64,000 nucleotides of DNA, from contig JAVZCO010000001.1 in assembly GCA_038874355.1 (NCBI GenBank), forward strand, positions 434,159 through 498,158. The letters run 5' to 3'. Shown in pieces: positions 37,823 through 48,438 of the stretch (position 1 is the first letter of the stretch; the number at the start of each line of letters is the position of its first letter). Under the pieces are notes generated by a model, which saw only the letters and a list, made by a program, of their open reading frames with translations, had not been told where the DNA came from and did not search any database. Source of the stretch: Candidatus Pacearchaeota archaeon. GTDB lineage: Archaea > Nanobdellota > Nanobdellia > Pacearchaeales > GW2011-AR1. Made by a program: the position numbers and the translations under genes.

Positions 37823-38374
37823 ATGAAAAATGGTGTTATAAAAAAAGAAAAAAATTCTAATTTTAAAAAAATTTTTATTATAATATTAATAAGCATTATA
37901 ATCCTTCTTTTATCTTTACTAATATTTTCTTTTAAATATCAATATAAATGTAAAGACCATACATGTTTTAATTCAGCAGTTATTAATTGCCAAAGAAGTT
38001 ATTATTTAGATGATTCTGTAGAAGCGACATGGGAATATAGAATAAATGGAATAGAAAAAAAATGTTTATCTTACAATAAATTAGGTTTTTGTTTAAATTA
38101 TGAAAAAAGATGTTTGATAAATGTAAAATTACTTATGATAAAAGAGGGTAAAAAAGATTTACAATATCTTGTAGGAGAAGAGATGAATTGTTATATAACT
38201 AAAGAAGAAGCTATTTCTTTATTAAATCAAAATAAAAAAATAAAACCACAATCTAATCTTGATAAATGTAGTGGAAAATTAAAGGAAGATATCCAAAACA
38301 TAATAATTAAAAATCTTTGGGGTATAATTATAAAAAATCTTGGAACAATACAAGAAGAAGTAAGGCCTATATAA
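37823..38374 (+). CDS. hypothetical membrane-anchored Cys-containing protein
   Basis: 183 aa, an N-terminal TM helix and several Cys residues. Confidence 0.3.
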   Translation: MKNGVIKKEKNSNFKKIFIIILISIIILLLSLLIFSFKYQYKCKDHTCFNSAVINCQRSYYLDDSVEATWEYRINGIEKKCLSYNKLGFCLNYEKRCLINVKLLMIKEGKKDLQYLVGEEMNCYITKEEAISLLNQNKKIKPQSNLDKCSGKLKEDIQNIIIKNLWGIIIKNLGTIQEEVRPI

Positions 38375-38444
38375 TTTTAAATAAAAATAAATTTTAAGAA
38401 ATTTTAAAATCAATGAATAAAAATAAAAGTTTTTATTAATTTCT

Positions 38445-38822
38445 TTAAATAAAATTTTCTAGATTATTAAAAAAATCTTTATTCAATATTATTAAAGATT
38501 TTTTTATTTTTTCTCTTAAAATATTTTTTTCTTTAAAATCCTTTAAAAATATACTTTCTGGAACAAAATTTATTCTTATTTGAGAATTTTTTATAATCTT
38601 TTTAATTTTTAACGTTATCACAATAAAATTTAAAGGATTTTTTTGGGTTAGACAAATAGCTTTAACTTCTTCTAAATATGGGTTAATAAATTTAAAAATA
38701 ATTTTTTTATAATCGATAGGTTTTTTTAATACAATTATTTTTACTTCAGCTCCTAGTAATTTTTTAGGTAACAAAACTCCAGCGGAATTCCCAACCTTTA
38801 TTGTTCTTTTTATAAATTCCAT
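38445..38822 (-). CDS. AbrB/MazE/SpoVT-type swapped-hairpin DNA-binding protein with C-terminal extension
   Basis: N-terminus RTIKVGNSAGVLLPKKLLGAEVKIIVL matches the AbrB/MazE signature (VGNS..V.IPK). No adjacent toxin is visible. Confidence 0.45.
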   Translation of the reverse strand: MEFIKRTIKVGNSAGVLLPKKLLGAEVKIIVLKKPIDYKKIIFKFINPYLEEVKAICLTQKNPLNFIVITLKIKKIIKNSQIRINFVPESIFLKDFKEKNILREKIKKSLIILNKDFFNNLENFI

Positions 38823-38906
38823 CTTGCATATTTTTTATGTTATAACTATGTTATAACATTTTATAAACTTTTTGGTAGTTACATAAAAGATATTATTATA
38901 AAATGA

Positions 38907-38922
38907 CGAAAGATTTATAAAT
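38907..38922 (+). promoter_or_regulatory. BRE/TATA promoter motif cGAAAGATTTATAAAt upstream of the 38968 gene
   Basis: Exact 16-mer match to the rpoH-upstream motif; 45 nt before the ATG. Confidence 0.45.
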
Positions 38923-38967
38923 GATTATTACATCATTTTAATAATAAATAAATTTAATGAAGAAAAA

Positions 38968-40176
38968 ATGAAAAATTTAATTTTTGTTATAACAATGGCC
39001 TTTGTTTTAGCATTAAGTTTAACTACATTTGTTAAAGCAGATAATCTTGATGTAACAATAAATGATATTGTAATAAATGGATTGACTATTCAACCGAATG
39101 ATAATGTAGTATATGCAGGATTTGCTGGGAGTACATTACCGGTAACAGTTCATTTTACATCAAACGTAGATGTAAGTGATGCAAGAATAAAAGTTTGGAT
39201 TGGCGGAGAAGACGAAATAAAATCAAGAAAAATAAGAATTGTAAATGGAAGCACTTATTCAGAAACTTTATACATTAAAATTCCTTCTGATATAGAACCT
39301 GAAGAAGAATATAAATTGTATGTTTCAATTGAAACACAAAGCGGATATGTAGAAGAACAATTTAACTTGAAATTACAAAGAGAATCTTATGATATAAAAA
39401 TTCTAGATGTAGATATAGAAAAAACTGTAGAAGCTGGAAGTTTATTACCAATTAATATTGTTATTAAGAACACAGGTTATGAAGAATTAGAGGATCTGTT
39501 TGTTATTGTTACATCAGAAGAACTTGGTATAGAAAAAAAAGTTTATCTTTACGATTTACAATCAACAGATTGTTTAGAAGATTGTGAAGACTATGAACAG
39601 GATTCTATCCAAAAAACAATAAATATAAAAATCCCAGATAAAGCAAAACAAGGAATATACAAAATTACTATTGAAGTAAAAAACAAAGAAGTAACTAAAA
39701 AAATAACAAAAGAAATTTTTGTTTATGGTGGAAGAGAAACTTTAAGTTTTTTTGTTCCAATAAAAAGTAAAGAAATAACAATAAATGAAATTGCGAACTA
39801 TGATTTAATAATAGTTAATGCTGCAAAAAAAATTGCCATTCTTCAATTAGAAACAAAAAAAGATGAAAATTTGGAAGTGGATTCAGAGGAATCTGTTATT
39901 GTAATTCCACCAGAAACAAGTAAAACAATAAAATTTAATGTAAAAGCAAAAGAAGAAGGTAAATATAGTTTTGTTGTTAATATAAAAGAAAATGAAAATG
40001 TTATAAAGTCGGTAGAATTTAATGCCAATGCTATAAAAGGAAAAAGAAGTATTGATAATATAACAATGTTAACAATAATTTTAGCAATAATTTTTGTTAT
40101 ACTGCTTATAGTACTTATTGTCTTATTAACAAAAAAGCCATTGATAAAAGAAAATTTAGAAGAAAGCTACTACTAA
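38968..40176 (+). CDS. secreted beta-rich surface protein with C-terminal TM anchor
   Basis: Signal peptide, repeated Ig/CARDB-like beta-strand pattern, C-terminal helix LTIILAIIFVILLIVLIVLL followed by TKK. Confidence 0.45.
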   Translation: MKNLIFVITMAFVLALSLTTFVKADNLDVTINDIVINGLTIQPNDNVVYAGFAGSTLPVTVHFTSNVDVSDARIKVWIGGEDEIKSRKIRIVNGSTYSETLYIKIPSDIEPEEEYKLYVSIETQSGYVEEQFNLKLQRESYDIKILDVDIEKTVEAGSLLPINIVIKNTGYEELEDLFVIVTSEELGIEKKVYLYDLQSTDCLEDCEDYEQDSIQKTINIKIPDKAKQGIYKITIEVKNKEVTKKITKEIFVYGGRETLSFFVPIKSKEITINEIANYDLIIVNAAKKIAILQLETKKDENLEVDSEESVIVIPPETSKTIKFNVKAKEEGKYSFVVNIKENENVIKSVEFNANAIKGKRSIDNITMLTIILAIIFVILLIVLIVLLTKKPLIKENLEESYY

Positions 40177-40218
40177 ATTTTTTCTTTTTTATTTTTTTCT
40201 TTTTATATTTTTATATTT

Positions 40219-43080
40219 TTAAATTTCTAGACTTATTACTTTGCTTATACCATCCTGCATACTCACTCCATATAAAACTGGAGCTTCAGATATAAGAGCA
40301 TCATTATGAGTTACTATTATATATTGACCAGATTTCATATATTTTTTTATCAAAAAAGCTAATTTTTCAGAATTTCTTTTGTCTAAGGAAGCATCAACTT
40401 CATCAAGGATATAAAAAGGGTATGGTTTATATTCCTGAATTGCAAAAATTAATGATAAAGCTACAAGAGATTTTTCTCCTCCTGATAAAGAAGATACATC
40501 AAAATATTTTCCTTTCGCTATTTTTAAAGTAATCTCTAAACCGCCTTCAAAAGGATTTTCTTTATTTTCTAGTTCTAAGTATGCTTGTCCTTTATTAGAT
40601 AATTGCATAAAATTTCTATTCATTAATTCATTTATGGTTGTTAAGGTTTTCATGAAAGTTCTTATTTTTTTCTTATCTACTTCTTCTATTATTTTTATTA
40701 TTTCTTCTTTTTCTTTTTTTAATATTTCTACCTTTTGGTATATTTCATCATAAGAATTCTTGACAGAATCATATTCTTTTAATGCTAACATATTTATAGA
40801 ACCAATCATAGAAATTTCATTTTCTAATTTTTTTATCTTATCTTCTAGAAATTCTATACTTCCATTTATAAATTGTACTTCTTTATACAAATTAAGATCA
40901 TTTTCAAAATTTTCTTTTTCAGCTTCTAATTTTGCTTTTTCTATTTTAATTGAATTTATTATATTTATTTTATTATTTTGTTCTGTTTGTAATGTTACTA
41001 AGTCTTTATTATTTTTTAATAAATCATTTTGTAAATCATTCTTTACTTTTATTAAATATTTATATTTTTCTTCAAACTCTTTCTCTTTTTTTAACATAAA
41101 AGATAGTTTATTATTTTCTTCTGAAATTTTTTCTTGAAGATATTCTAATTCTTCTTCAAGTTCTTTTTTTTCTTTTTCACTTTGTTTTATTGAATTTTTT
41201 ATTTTTTGTATCTCAATTTGCTTGAATTCTAATTCTACATTCGAAGATTTTTCACTCCTAGAAGATATTTCTTGTAATTCTAAAATTTTGTTATCATATA
41301 CTTCTTCTATATCTTTTTTTTCATTAATTTTTTTTTCTATTTTTAATTTTTCTGTTTCCAATAGAGAAATTTCTTTTTCAAAATTATTTAATTCCTGTTG
41401 TTTATTTCTTATAATTCTCTTTTTTTCTTCTATTGAAATTAATTTTATTAGATCAATTTCCGCTTTTTTTTCTTTTATACCTAATTCTTGAATTTCTTCT
41501 CTTAAAGAAATTATATTTTCTTTAATTTTTTCTATTATGGTATTATTCTTTTCTATTTTTATTTTTAGATCAGAAATTTTTTCATCTGCTTCTTTTTCTA
41601 TATTCTTTATATGTTCTTCTGTTATTTTACTTTTACATAAAGGACATATTTTATCTATTTTTTTTACTTCTTCTTTTATGGATTCTATATTCTTTATTTC
41701 TGTTAAAATAGAAGAATTTTCTTTTTCTAATCTTAATAATTCTTCACTACTATTTTTTTCTTCCTTAATTTTGTTTTCTAGTAAATTTTTTATATTAAAG
41801 ATTTTCTCTCTACATTCTTTTTCGTCATGATATTGTAATTGTAATTCTATTTCTTTTATTTCTTCAAAAAGAAAATTTATCTCATTTTTTATTTTTTCTA
41901 TTAAATCCTTTTTTTGTTCCAAATTATTAGTTAATAGTTTAAATTTTGTTTTTAATTCTATATATTCTGTTCTTTCTTTCTCTAATTTTTCTATTTCTTT
42001 TCTTTTCTTCTCAATTTCTTCTGCTTTTATATCAAAAGTAGAACCTTTTTTTATTTCTTCTAATTCTTTTTCTTTTATTATTAATTCTTCTTTTAACTTT
42101 TCTTGTCGTATTTTGTTTTCTTCTAATTTTGATTTAAAATTATTTAGTTGTACTTCTAATCCACTTATATTAGCTCTTATCTGAGTTATTTCATTATACA
42201 ATTTTTCTCCTTCTATACCCGAAGAATTCTCTATTTGTTTTGTTATTTTTTTAATCTCTTCTTCTAATTCGTTATTCTTTTTAAGAATTTTCTCATAATT
42301 TCTTTTAATTTTTTCTTTTTCTTCTTCTAATTTTTTAATTTCTTTTGATAAAGATTCTATATTCTTTGTTTTTTCCTCAATTCTTTTTTTTAAAATAGAT
42401 GCTTTACATCTTCTCAACATTTCTTGTAATTCTTGAAATTTTAATGCTTGCTTTCTTTCTTCTTCTAATTTTTTTAGATAAGAAATTCTTTCTCTTAATA
42501 TCGTTTCAGCTTCTTTAAGTTTAGCATCTGTTTTTTCTAATTCTAATAAAGATTTTTCTTTTCTTTGTTCATATATAGATATTCCAGCTACTTCTTCTAT
42601 TATTCTTCTTCTTTCTTCTGGTGACATTTTTATAATATCCATTATCTCTCCCTGTAAAATGATATTAAACCCATAAGGATTAATATCAGCATTACTCAAT
42701 AATTCTAAAACTTCTTGTCTTGTTTTTATTTCATTATTAATTTTATAAATACTTATTCCATTTCTCCTTACAATTCTTTCAATTGTTATCTCTTTTTCTT
42801 GTAAAGGAAACTTTTTATCAGAATTATCAAAAACTATTTTAACAGACGCTTCCCACATTGGTTTATGATGTGCAGAAGAAAAAATAAAATTAGAAGATTT
42901 TTCTGCTCGCATACTTTTTGCAGATTTTCTTCCTAAAACAAAGCATATAGCTTCAGTTATATTGCTTTTTCCACTCCCATTAGGACCAACAATAACATTC
43001 ATTCCATTATTAAATAATATTTCAGTTTCTTGTGCGAAACTCTTAAATCCTTTCATCACCAATTTTTTTATATATGGCAT
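40219..43080 (-). CDS. SMC/Rad50-family ATPase with central CPxC zinc hook (Rad50-like)
   Basis: N-terminal Walker A MKGFKSFAQETEILFNNGMNVIVGPNGSGKSN; roughly 700 aa of coiled coil; CPLCKSK at mid-coil (aa about 478); C-terminal signature LSGGEKSLVALSLIFAIQ and D-loop ILDEVDASLD. Confidence 0.7.
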   Translation of the reverse strand: MPYIKKLVMKGFKSFAQETEILFNNGMNVIVGPNGSGKSNITEAICFVLGRKSAKSMRAEKSSNFIFSSAHHKPMWEASVKIVFDNSDKKFPLQEKEITIERIVRRNGISIYKINNEIKTRQEVLELLSNADINPYGFNIILQGEIMDIIKMSPEERRRIIEEVAGISIYEQRKEKSLLELEKTDAKLKEAETILRERISYLKKLEEERKQALKFQELQEMLRRCKASILKKRIEEKTKNIESLSKEIKKLEEEKEKIKRNYEKILKKNNELEEEIKKITKQIENSSGIEGEKLYNEITQIRANISGLEVQLNNFKSKLEENKIRQEKLKEELIIKEKELEEIKKGSTFDIKAEEIEKKRKEIEKLEKERTEYIELKTKFKLLTNNLEQKKDLIEKIKNEINFLFEEIKEIELQLQYHDEKECREKIFNIKNLLENKIKEEKNSSEELLRLEKENSSILTEIKNIESIKEEVKKIDKICPLCKSKITEEHIKNIEKEADEKISDLKIKIEKNNTIIEKIKENIISLREEIQELGIKEKKAEIDLIKLISIEEKKRIIRNKQQELNNFEKEISLLETEKLKIEKKINEKKDIEEVYDNKILELQEISSRSEKSSNVELEFKQIEIQKIKNSIKQSEKEKKELEEELEYLQEKISEENNKLSFMLKKEKEFEEKYKYLIKVKNDLQNDLLKNNKDLVTLQTEQNNKINIINSIKIEKAKLEAEKENFENDLNLYKEVQFINGSIEFLEDKIKKLENEISMIGSINMLALKEYDSVKNSYDEIYQKVEILKKEKEEIIKIIEEVDKKKIRTFMKTLTTINELMNRNFMQLSNKGQAYLELENKENPFEGGLEITLKIAKGKYFDVSSLSGGEKSLVALSLIFAIQEYKPYPFYILDEVDASLDKRNSEKLAFLIKKYMKSGQYIIVTHNDALISEAPVLYGVSMQDGISKVISLEI

Positions 43081-43185
43081 AAAAAATACTAATAAATTAG
43101 ATATTTAAATTTAATTTTTAAAAAAATTATAGAAAACTTTATAAATACTTAAATCATCTTAAATTATAATTTCTTTTGTTTTAAG

Positions 43186-43839
43186 ATGGATGAAGAAATA
43201 AAAAAAGTTATAAAAAAAACAGGAACTAGTATTTTAGGAATTGTATGCAAAGATGGAATAGTAATGGCTGCCGATAGACAAGTTACTGCAGGAAATATAG
43301 TCATGAGTAAAACAGAAAGAAAAATAATCCAAATAAATGATTATTTAGTTATTGCTACTTGTGGAAATGTTTCTGATGCACAGTTTATGGCTAAAATATT
43401 ATCAGCAGAATTAAAGTTAAAAGAATATAATTCTGGAGAGAGACCTACTGTAAAAGAAGCTGCTAATCTTTTATCTATGATTGCTTTTAGGAGTATAAGA
43501 CAATTTTCTACAATACCTTCTGTAGTAGGTATATTAATAGGAGGATATAATGAAGATGGTTCTTTTGAGTTATATACAATAGAGCCAGCTGGAAGTATTT
43601 TAAAAGTAGAAGATTATGATGCTAATTTTGGTTCTGGAATGCCATATATTTTAGGAATATTAGAATCAGAATACAAAAAAGATATAACAACAAAAGAAGG
43701 AATAGAATTGGCAGTAAAATGTTTAAAAGCATCAACTCAGAGAGATGTTGGTTCAGGGTATGGTATTGATATTTTTACTATAACGAAAAATGAAATAAAG
43801 AAAGTATTTGAGAAAGAGATAATTGCAGAATTAAAATAA
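43186..43839 (+). CDS. psmB: proteasome beta subunit
   Basis: Propeptide followed by GTSILGIVCKDGIVMAADRQVTAG, which carries the Ntn-hydrolase Thr. Confidence 0.85.
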   Translation: MDEEIKKVIKKTGTSILGIVCKDGIVMAADRQVTAGNIVMSKTERKIIQINDYLVIATCGNVSDAQFMAKILSAELKLKEYNSGERPTVKEAANLLSMIAFRSIRQFSTIPSVVGILIGGYNEDGSFELYTIEPAGSILKVEDYDANFGSGMPYILGILESEYKKDITTKEGIELAVKCLKASTQRDVGSGYGIDIFTITKNEIKKVFEKEIIAELK

Positions 43840-43886
43840 CATAATATATTTTATTTATTTTTAAAAAATTAATCTTATAAAATAAA

Positions 43887-44141
43887 ATGTCACAAAAAAA
43901 GAAAATCTTAAATAAATGCTTAGAAAAGAAGATAGATGAATCTTTTTTAAAAAAGAATATAAGATTAAGAAATACCCTTCTCTCTTCTGATATTTATACA
44001 TATAAACAATTATCTGATAAAGAAGGAGAATATGGATTTTATTATATTGGGAATATTGGAGAAATATCTTTAAGAAAAATATATTATCATTGTTTAGGAA
44101 AATTTAAAATTTGGTTGCCAAACTATAAAAAGAATAAATAA
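43887..44141 (+). CDS. hypothetical small protein
   Basis: 84 aa, no motif. Confidence 0.3.
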   Translation: MSQKKKILNKCLEKKIDESFLKKNIRLRNTLLSSDIYTYKQLSDKEGEYGFYYIGNIGEISLRKIYYHCLGKFKIWLPNYKKNK

Positions 44142-44199
44142 TTATAACATTTGATAATTGTACTTATCTAAAATAAAAAATATAAAAATATATATAAAT

Positions 44200-46089
44200 A
44201 TGGCAGATATACTAAAAGAAATTTTATCAGATATTCCAAAGAATAGTATTAGTGAAGCAAATTTTGAAGGTGCAAATATAGTCTTATATACTAATAATGA
44301 AAAGTTTTTTTTAGAAGGAGATAAAAAAATAAAAGAGATAGTAGATAAAATAAAAAAAAGAATAGAGTTAAGAGCAGATAAAAAACTTTTAAAAAAAGAA
44401 GAGGAAGTAGAAAAGGAAATAAAAAAAATTGTTCCTAAAGAAGCAGAAATAACTAATATAATTTTTGACAAACAAAGAAGTGTTGTTATAATTGAAGCAA
44501 AAAAACCTGGACTAGTTATAGGAAAACAGGGAGCTATATTACAAGAAATAGCAAAAAAAACTTTTTGGACCCCGCAAGTTCAAAGAAGTTCTACTATCCA
44601 GAGTAAGATTACAGAAAATATAAGAGAAGTCTTATATGAAAACAACAATTATAGAAGAAAATTTTTAAATGAAACTGGAAAAAAAATTTATAAAGAATGG
44701 AAAAATGAAAAAATAGAAGAATGGGTTAGAGTAACTTTTCTTGGAGGAGCTAGACAAGTAGGAAGGAGTTGTATTTTATTACAAACCCCGACATCAAAAA
44801 TATTATTAGATTGCGGTATTGATGTTGCTGCTCCAAATTCTGAAAAATTTCCTTATTTAGATGTTCCTGAATTAAGATTAGAAGAAATAGATGCTATTAT
44901 ATTAAGTCATGCTCATCTTGATCATTCAGGTTTAATACCATATATATACAAAATGGGTTATAAAGGACCTTGTTATATGACCATGCCAACAAGAGATTTA
45001 GCAGCTTTACTTGCTTTAGATTTTATAGGTGTTGCATATAAAAAAGCAGCAATGCCTTTATTTTCTTCTAGTGATATAAAAGAAATGGTTAAACATTCTA
45101 TATGTCTAAATTATAATGAAGTTACAGATATAACTCCGGATGTGAGACTTACTTTTTATAATGCAGGTCATACTTTAGGATCTGCAATGATTCATTTAAA
45201 TATAGGAAATGGTTTACATAATTTATTATATTGTGGTGATATGAAATATGGAAAAACTAGATTATTAGATCCTGCTATTACAAATTTTCCTAGATTAGAA
45301 TCTATGATAATAGAATCTACATATGGAGGAAAAGAAAATATTCTTCCTCAAAGACAAGAAGCAGAAAAACAACTTATAGAATGTATAAAAAAGACTATAG
45401 AAAGAGGAGGAAAAGTATTAATACCAGAATTAGGTCTTGGTAGAGCACAAGAAACAATGTTGATAATAGAAGATGCTGTTAATAAAGGAGAACTTCCAAA
45501 AATTCCATTTTATATTGATGGGATGATTTGGGATATAAATGCTATTCATACAGCATATCCAGATTTTTTGTCTAATAGTGTTAAAAATTCAATTTTTCAA
45601 GATAAAAATCCTTTTATTTCTGATATTTTTATTAGAGTTGGTTCTAGTGAAGAAAGAAAAAAAGTTATCGAAGGAGGCAGCTGTATTGTTCTTGCTACAA
45701 GCGGTATGTTAGTTGGAGGAGCATCAGTAGAATATTTTAAAGAATTTGCTTCAAGTAAAAAAAATTCAATAATATTTGTTTGTTATCAGGGAGTAGGTTC
45801 TTTAGGAAGACAAATACAAGATGGTGTAAAAGAAATAAAAATGTTAAGTGAAGGAAAAGAAGAAATTATAGAAGTTAATTTAGAAGTTTATACAATTGAT
45901 GGCTTAACAGCACACTCTGGAAGAAATCAATTATTAGCTTTTATAAATAACATAAACCCACAACCAAAAAAAATAATAATAAATCATGGAGAAGCGTCTA
46001 GATGTTTAGATTTAGCTTCTACTGTTTATAAAATAAATAGGATAGAAACAATAGTTCCAAGAAATTTAGAAACAATAAGATTAAAATGA
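44200..46089 (+). CDS. fttA: aCPSF1/FttA: KH-domain, metallo-beta-lactamase, beta-CASP ribonuclease (transcription termination factor)
   Basis: N-terminal KH domains, HAHLDHSG MBL motif, beta-CASP region, and a length typical of aCPSF1. The more likely start is MADILKEIL at 44200 rather than the ORF-track start at 44158. Confidence 0.8.
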   Translation: MADILKEILSDIPKNSISEANFEGANIVLYTNNEKFFLEGDKKIKEIVDKIKKRIELRADKKLLKKEEEVEKEIKKIVPKEAEITNIIFDKQRSVVIIEAKKPGLVIGKQGAILQEIAKKTFWTPQVQRSSTIQSKITENIREVLYENNNYRRKFLNETGKKIYKEWKNEKIEEWVRVTFLGGARQVGRSCILLQTPTSKILLDCGIDVAAPNSEKFPYLDVPELRLEEIDAIILSHAHLDHSGLIPYIYKMGYKGPCYMTMPTRDLAALLALDFIGVAYKKAAMPLFSSSDIKEMVKHSICLNYNEVTDITPDVRLTFYNAGHTLGSAMIHLNIGNGLHNLLYCGDMKYGKTRLLDPAITNFPRLESMIIESTYGGKENILPQRQEAEKQLIECIKKTIERGGKVLIPELGLGRAQETMLIIEDAVNKGELPKIPFYIDGMIWDINAIHTAYPDFLSNSVKNSIFQDKNPFISDIFIRVGSSEERKKVIEGGSCIVLATSGMLVGGASVEYFKEFASSKKNSIIFVCYQGVGSLGRQIQDGVKEIKMLSEGKEEIIEVNLEVYTIDGLTAHSGRNQLLAFINNINPQPKKIIINHGEASRCLDLASTVYKINRIETIVPRNLETIRLK

Positions 46090-46099
46090 AATTTAAAAA

Positions 46100-47059
46100 A
46101 TGAAACATAATCTTATTACAACTTTAATTTTGCTTGGAATGTTTATTTTAACTCAAATAGTAGGTTTAATTATAATAAAAAATTATTTACCTCATAATGA
46201 AATAATTTTTAATAAAACAACAAATACTTTTGAAAATATAACTATAAAAAAAGAGATTCCTTATGGAATGAATATTCCAGAAGAACAAAAACCAGAAGTC
46301 TCTTTTACAAGTTTTTTAACATCTTTTTTAATTGCAGTATTACTTATAATTTTATTAATAAAAATTAAGAAACCAATATTTTTGAGAATGTGGTTTTTTA
46401 TTGTAGTTGTGATTGCTCTAGGAATAAGTTTTAATTCTTTTTTATTAAAAATAAAATATTCACAATATATTGCTTTTTTTATTGCTTTATTTTTAGCTTA
46501 TATTAAAGTATTTAAAAGAAATATATTTATCCATAATTTAACAGAAATTTTTATTTATCCTGGGATTGCAGTAATTTTTGTTTATATGTTTAATTTGAAT
46601 ATGATAATTTTTCTGTTATTGCTTATTTCTATATATGATATATATGCAGTATGGTATAGTGGTTTTATGCAAAAAATGGCAAAATATCAAATAAATCATG
46701 TAAAAGTTTTTGGAGGCTTTTTTGTTCCTTATATTAGAAAATCTGATAAAGAAAGAGAAATGTTAAAAAAATTAAAATTAGAAAAAGAGAGAAAAAGGAA
46801 AATAAAAAAAATAAAAATAGAAATTGGAATTTTAGGTGGTGGGGATGTTATTTTTCCATTAATCATGTCTGGAGTTTTATTAAAGAGTTTTGGAATTTTA
46901 TCTGCTTTGATTATTGTTTTATTTTCTACTATCTCTCTTTTTTTCTTATTTTTTATGGCAAAAAAAGGAAAATTTTATCCAGCAATGCCTTTTTTAACAA
47001 TAGGGTGTTTATTAGGTTTATTATTAGTTAATATATTAAGATATTTTTCCCTTATATGA
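46100..47059 (+). CDS. presenilin/signal-peptide-peptidase-family intramembrane aspartyl protease homolog
   Basis: Multi-TM; YD motif (ISIYDIYAVW), GxGD motif (GILGGGDVIFP) and a PAL-like motif (YPAMPFL) in the expected order. Confidence 0.5.
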   Translation: MKHNLITTLILLGMFILTQIVGLIIIKNYLPHNEIIFNKTTNTFENITIKKEIPYGMNIPEEQKPEVSFTSFLTSFLIAVLLIILLIKIKKPIFLRMWFFIVVVIALGISFNSFLLKIKYSQYIAFFIALFLAYIKVFKRNIFIHNLTEIFIYPGIAVIFVYMFNLNMIIFLLLLISIYDIYAVWYSGFMQKMAKYQINHVKVFGGFFVPYIRKSDKEREMLKKLKLEKERKRKIKKIKIEIGILGGGDVIFPLIMSGVLLKSFGILSALIIVLFSTISLFFLFFMAKKGKFYPAMPFLTIGCLLGLLLVNILRYFSLI

Positions 47060-47125
47060 TATAAAACAATAAAATTTATAAATAATTCTTTTATTTTAAA
47101 TTTTCTTATATAAAAAATATCAAAA

Positions 47126-47494
47126 ATGATAAATAAAAATATAAATATTATTCCAGAATTTTATATAGAAAAATTAGCAAGAATATTTTTTGTAAATAGA
47201 ATCATTTTTATTTTTCTATTAATTTTTATAATTAATGAACTTAATCTATTAGAAAAATTTTATTACAATATTAAAGATATTCTTAATAAAGAAAAATATA
47301 AAAAATGTAAATATCGTGGAAAAAAAATAAAAGATCTAGATCGTTTAGTATTATATGATTGTTTAAAAGATTTATATAATTTTTTAGATGAAAATAAATG
47401 TCCTTTTAGAAGAAAAATCTATACTTCTAACTTAGGAAATTGTTGTTATGATATAGTAAAGAATAAACAATATAAAAAACAAAGGGATTATTAA
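47126..47494 (+). CDS. hypothetical protein
   Basis: 122 aa, several Cys, no motif. Confidence 0.3.
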   Translation: MINKNINIIPEFYIEKLARIFFVNRIIFIFLLIFIINELNLLEKFYYNIKDILNKEKYKKCKYRGKKIKDLDRLVLYDCLKDLYNFLDENKCPFRRKIYTSNLGNCCYDIVKNKQYKKQRDY

Positions 47495-47546
47495 AAATAT
47501 AGTTCTATAATTAATTTCTTTATTATCTACTTAATAGTAACAAAAA

Positions 47547-47562
47547 AGAAAGATTTATAAAG
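47547..47562 (+). promoter_or_regulatory. BRE/TATA promoter motif aGAAAGATTTATAAAg upstream of the TrmB-family regulator gene
   Basis: Member of the recurring motif family; about 100 nt before the ATG at 47661. Confidence 0.4.
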
Positions 47563-47660
47563 TAATATTTCTTATTCTTACTTATAAGTAGTTATAAATA
47601 AAAATTTTTAAATTAAAAATAAGAAAAATAAAGAATTAAATTTAAATCATTAAGATTCAG

Positions 47661-48434
47661 ATGACATTAAACAATGATTTAATAAAAAAAGTAAGAAGCT
47701 TTTTTGGTTTGAACAGCTATGAAGCTAAAGTATGGCTTGCTTTATTAGCTAAAGGTATAGCTTCTGCTGGAGAGATTTCTGAAATATCTGGTGTTCCTAG
47801 GAGCAGAACATATGATATATTAGAATCTTTAGAAAAACAAGGGTATGTAATACAAAAAATAGGTAAACCTATTAAATTTATTGCTGTTAAACCTAAAAAT
47901 GTTCTTGAAAATTTAAAAAAGCTAACAAAAAAAGAAGCAGAGGAAAGAATAAATATTCTTAACAATATAAAAGGAACTAAAGAATATGAACAACTTGAAC
48001 TATTACATAAATCTTCTAAAAATTTTATTAAAAATAAAGAAGTAAGTTCTGCTATAAAAGGAGAAAATAATATTTATTCCCATATTTATGAATTAATAGA
48101 TAATGCAAATAAAGAAGTTTTAATATCTATAACTGAAGAAGAATTATTAAAAAAAGAGAAAATGTATAAGGAATTATTTAATAAGATGGATAAAAAAATA
48201 AGATTAAAAATAGCAGTTAATGGGGATAAAGAAAAATTAAAAGAATTAGAATCAAAATTTAAAATAAAATTTTATTATATAAATATAAAACTTACATTTT
48301 TTATAATAGATAAAGAACAAGTTTTATTCTTACTTAAAGAAAGGGAAGAAAATGAAAAAGAAATTGCTATATGGTTAAATTCGTCATTTTTTTCATCTTC
48401 ACTTGCGCATCTTTTCGAATTAGGAATCAAATAA
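47661..48434 (+). CDS. TrmB-family transcriptional regulator
   Basis: N-terminal wHTH YEAKVWLALLAKGIASAGEISEISGVPRSRTYDILESLEKQGYV is typical of TrmB. Confidence 0.7.
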   Translation: MTLNNDLIKKVRSFFGLNSYEAKVWLALLAKGIASAGEISEISGVPRSRTYDILESLEKQGYVIQKIGKPIKFIAVKPKNVLENLKKLTKKEAEERINILNNIKGTKEYEQLELLHKSSKNFIKNKEVSSAIKGENNIYSHIYELIDNANKEVLISITEEELLKKEKMYKELFNKMDKKIRLKIAVNGDKEKLKELESKFKIKFYYINIKLTFFIIDKEQVLFLLKEREENEKEIAIWLNSSFFSSSLAHLFELGIK

Positions 48435-48438
48435 AGGT

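Noticed and set aside
40760-41830. Three plus-strand ORFs (125, 89 and 97 aa) within the Rad50/SMC gene
   Set aside because: They are antisense to the long coiled-coil (K/E-rich) region and give F/S/I-rich nonsense proteins; they are artifacts of base composition. The same reasoning applies to 32110-32295, 32539-32781, 35175-35498, 49273-49485, 52099-52470, 54261-54566, 54434-54676, 57213-57428, 59840-60028, 63485-63793, 4700-4927, 5950-6174, 14620-14865, 16928-17227, 17978-18181, 18319-18504, 18946-19173, 19776-20093, 20434-20631, 21127-21453, 22759-22947, 23509-23808, 30109-30309, 39843-40028 and 44142-44471.
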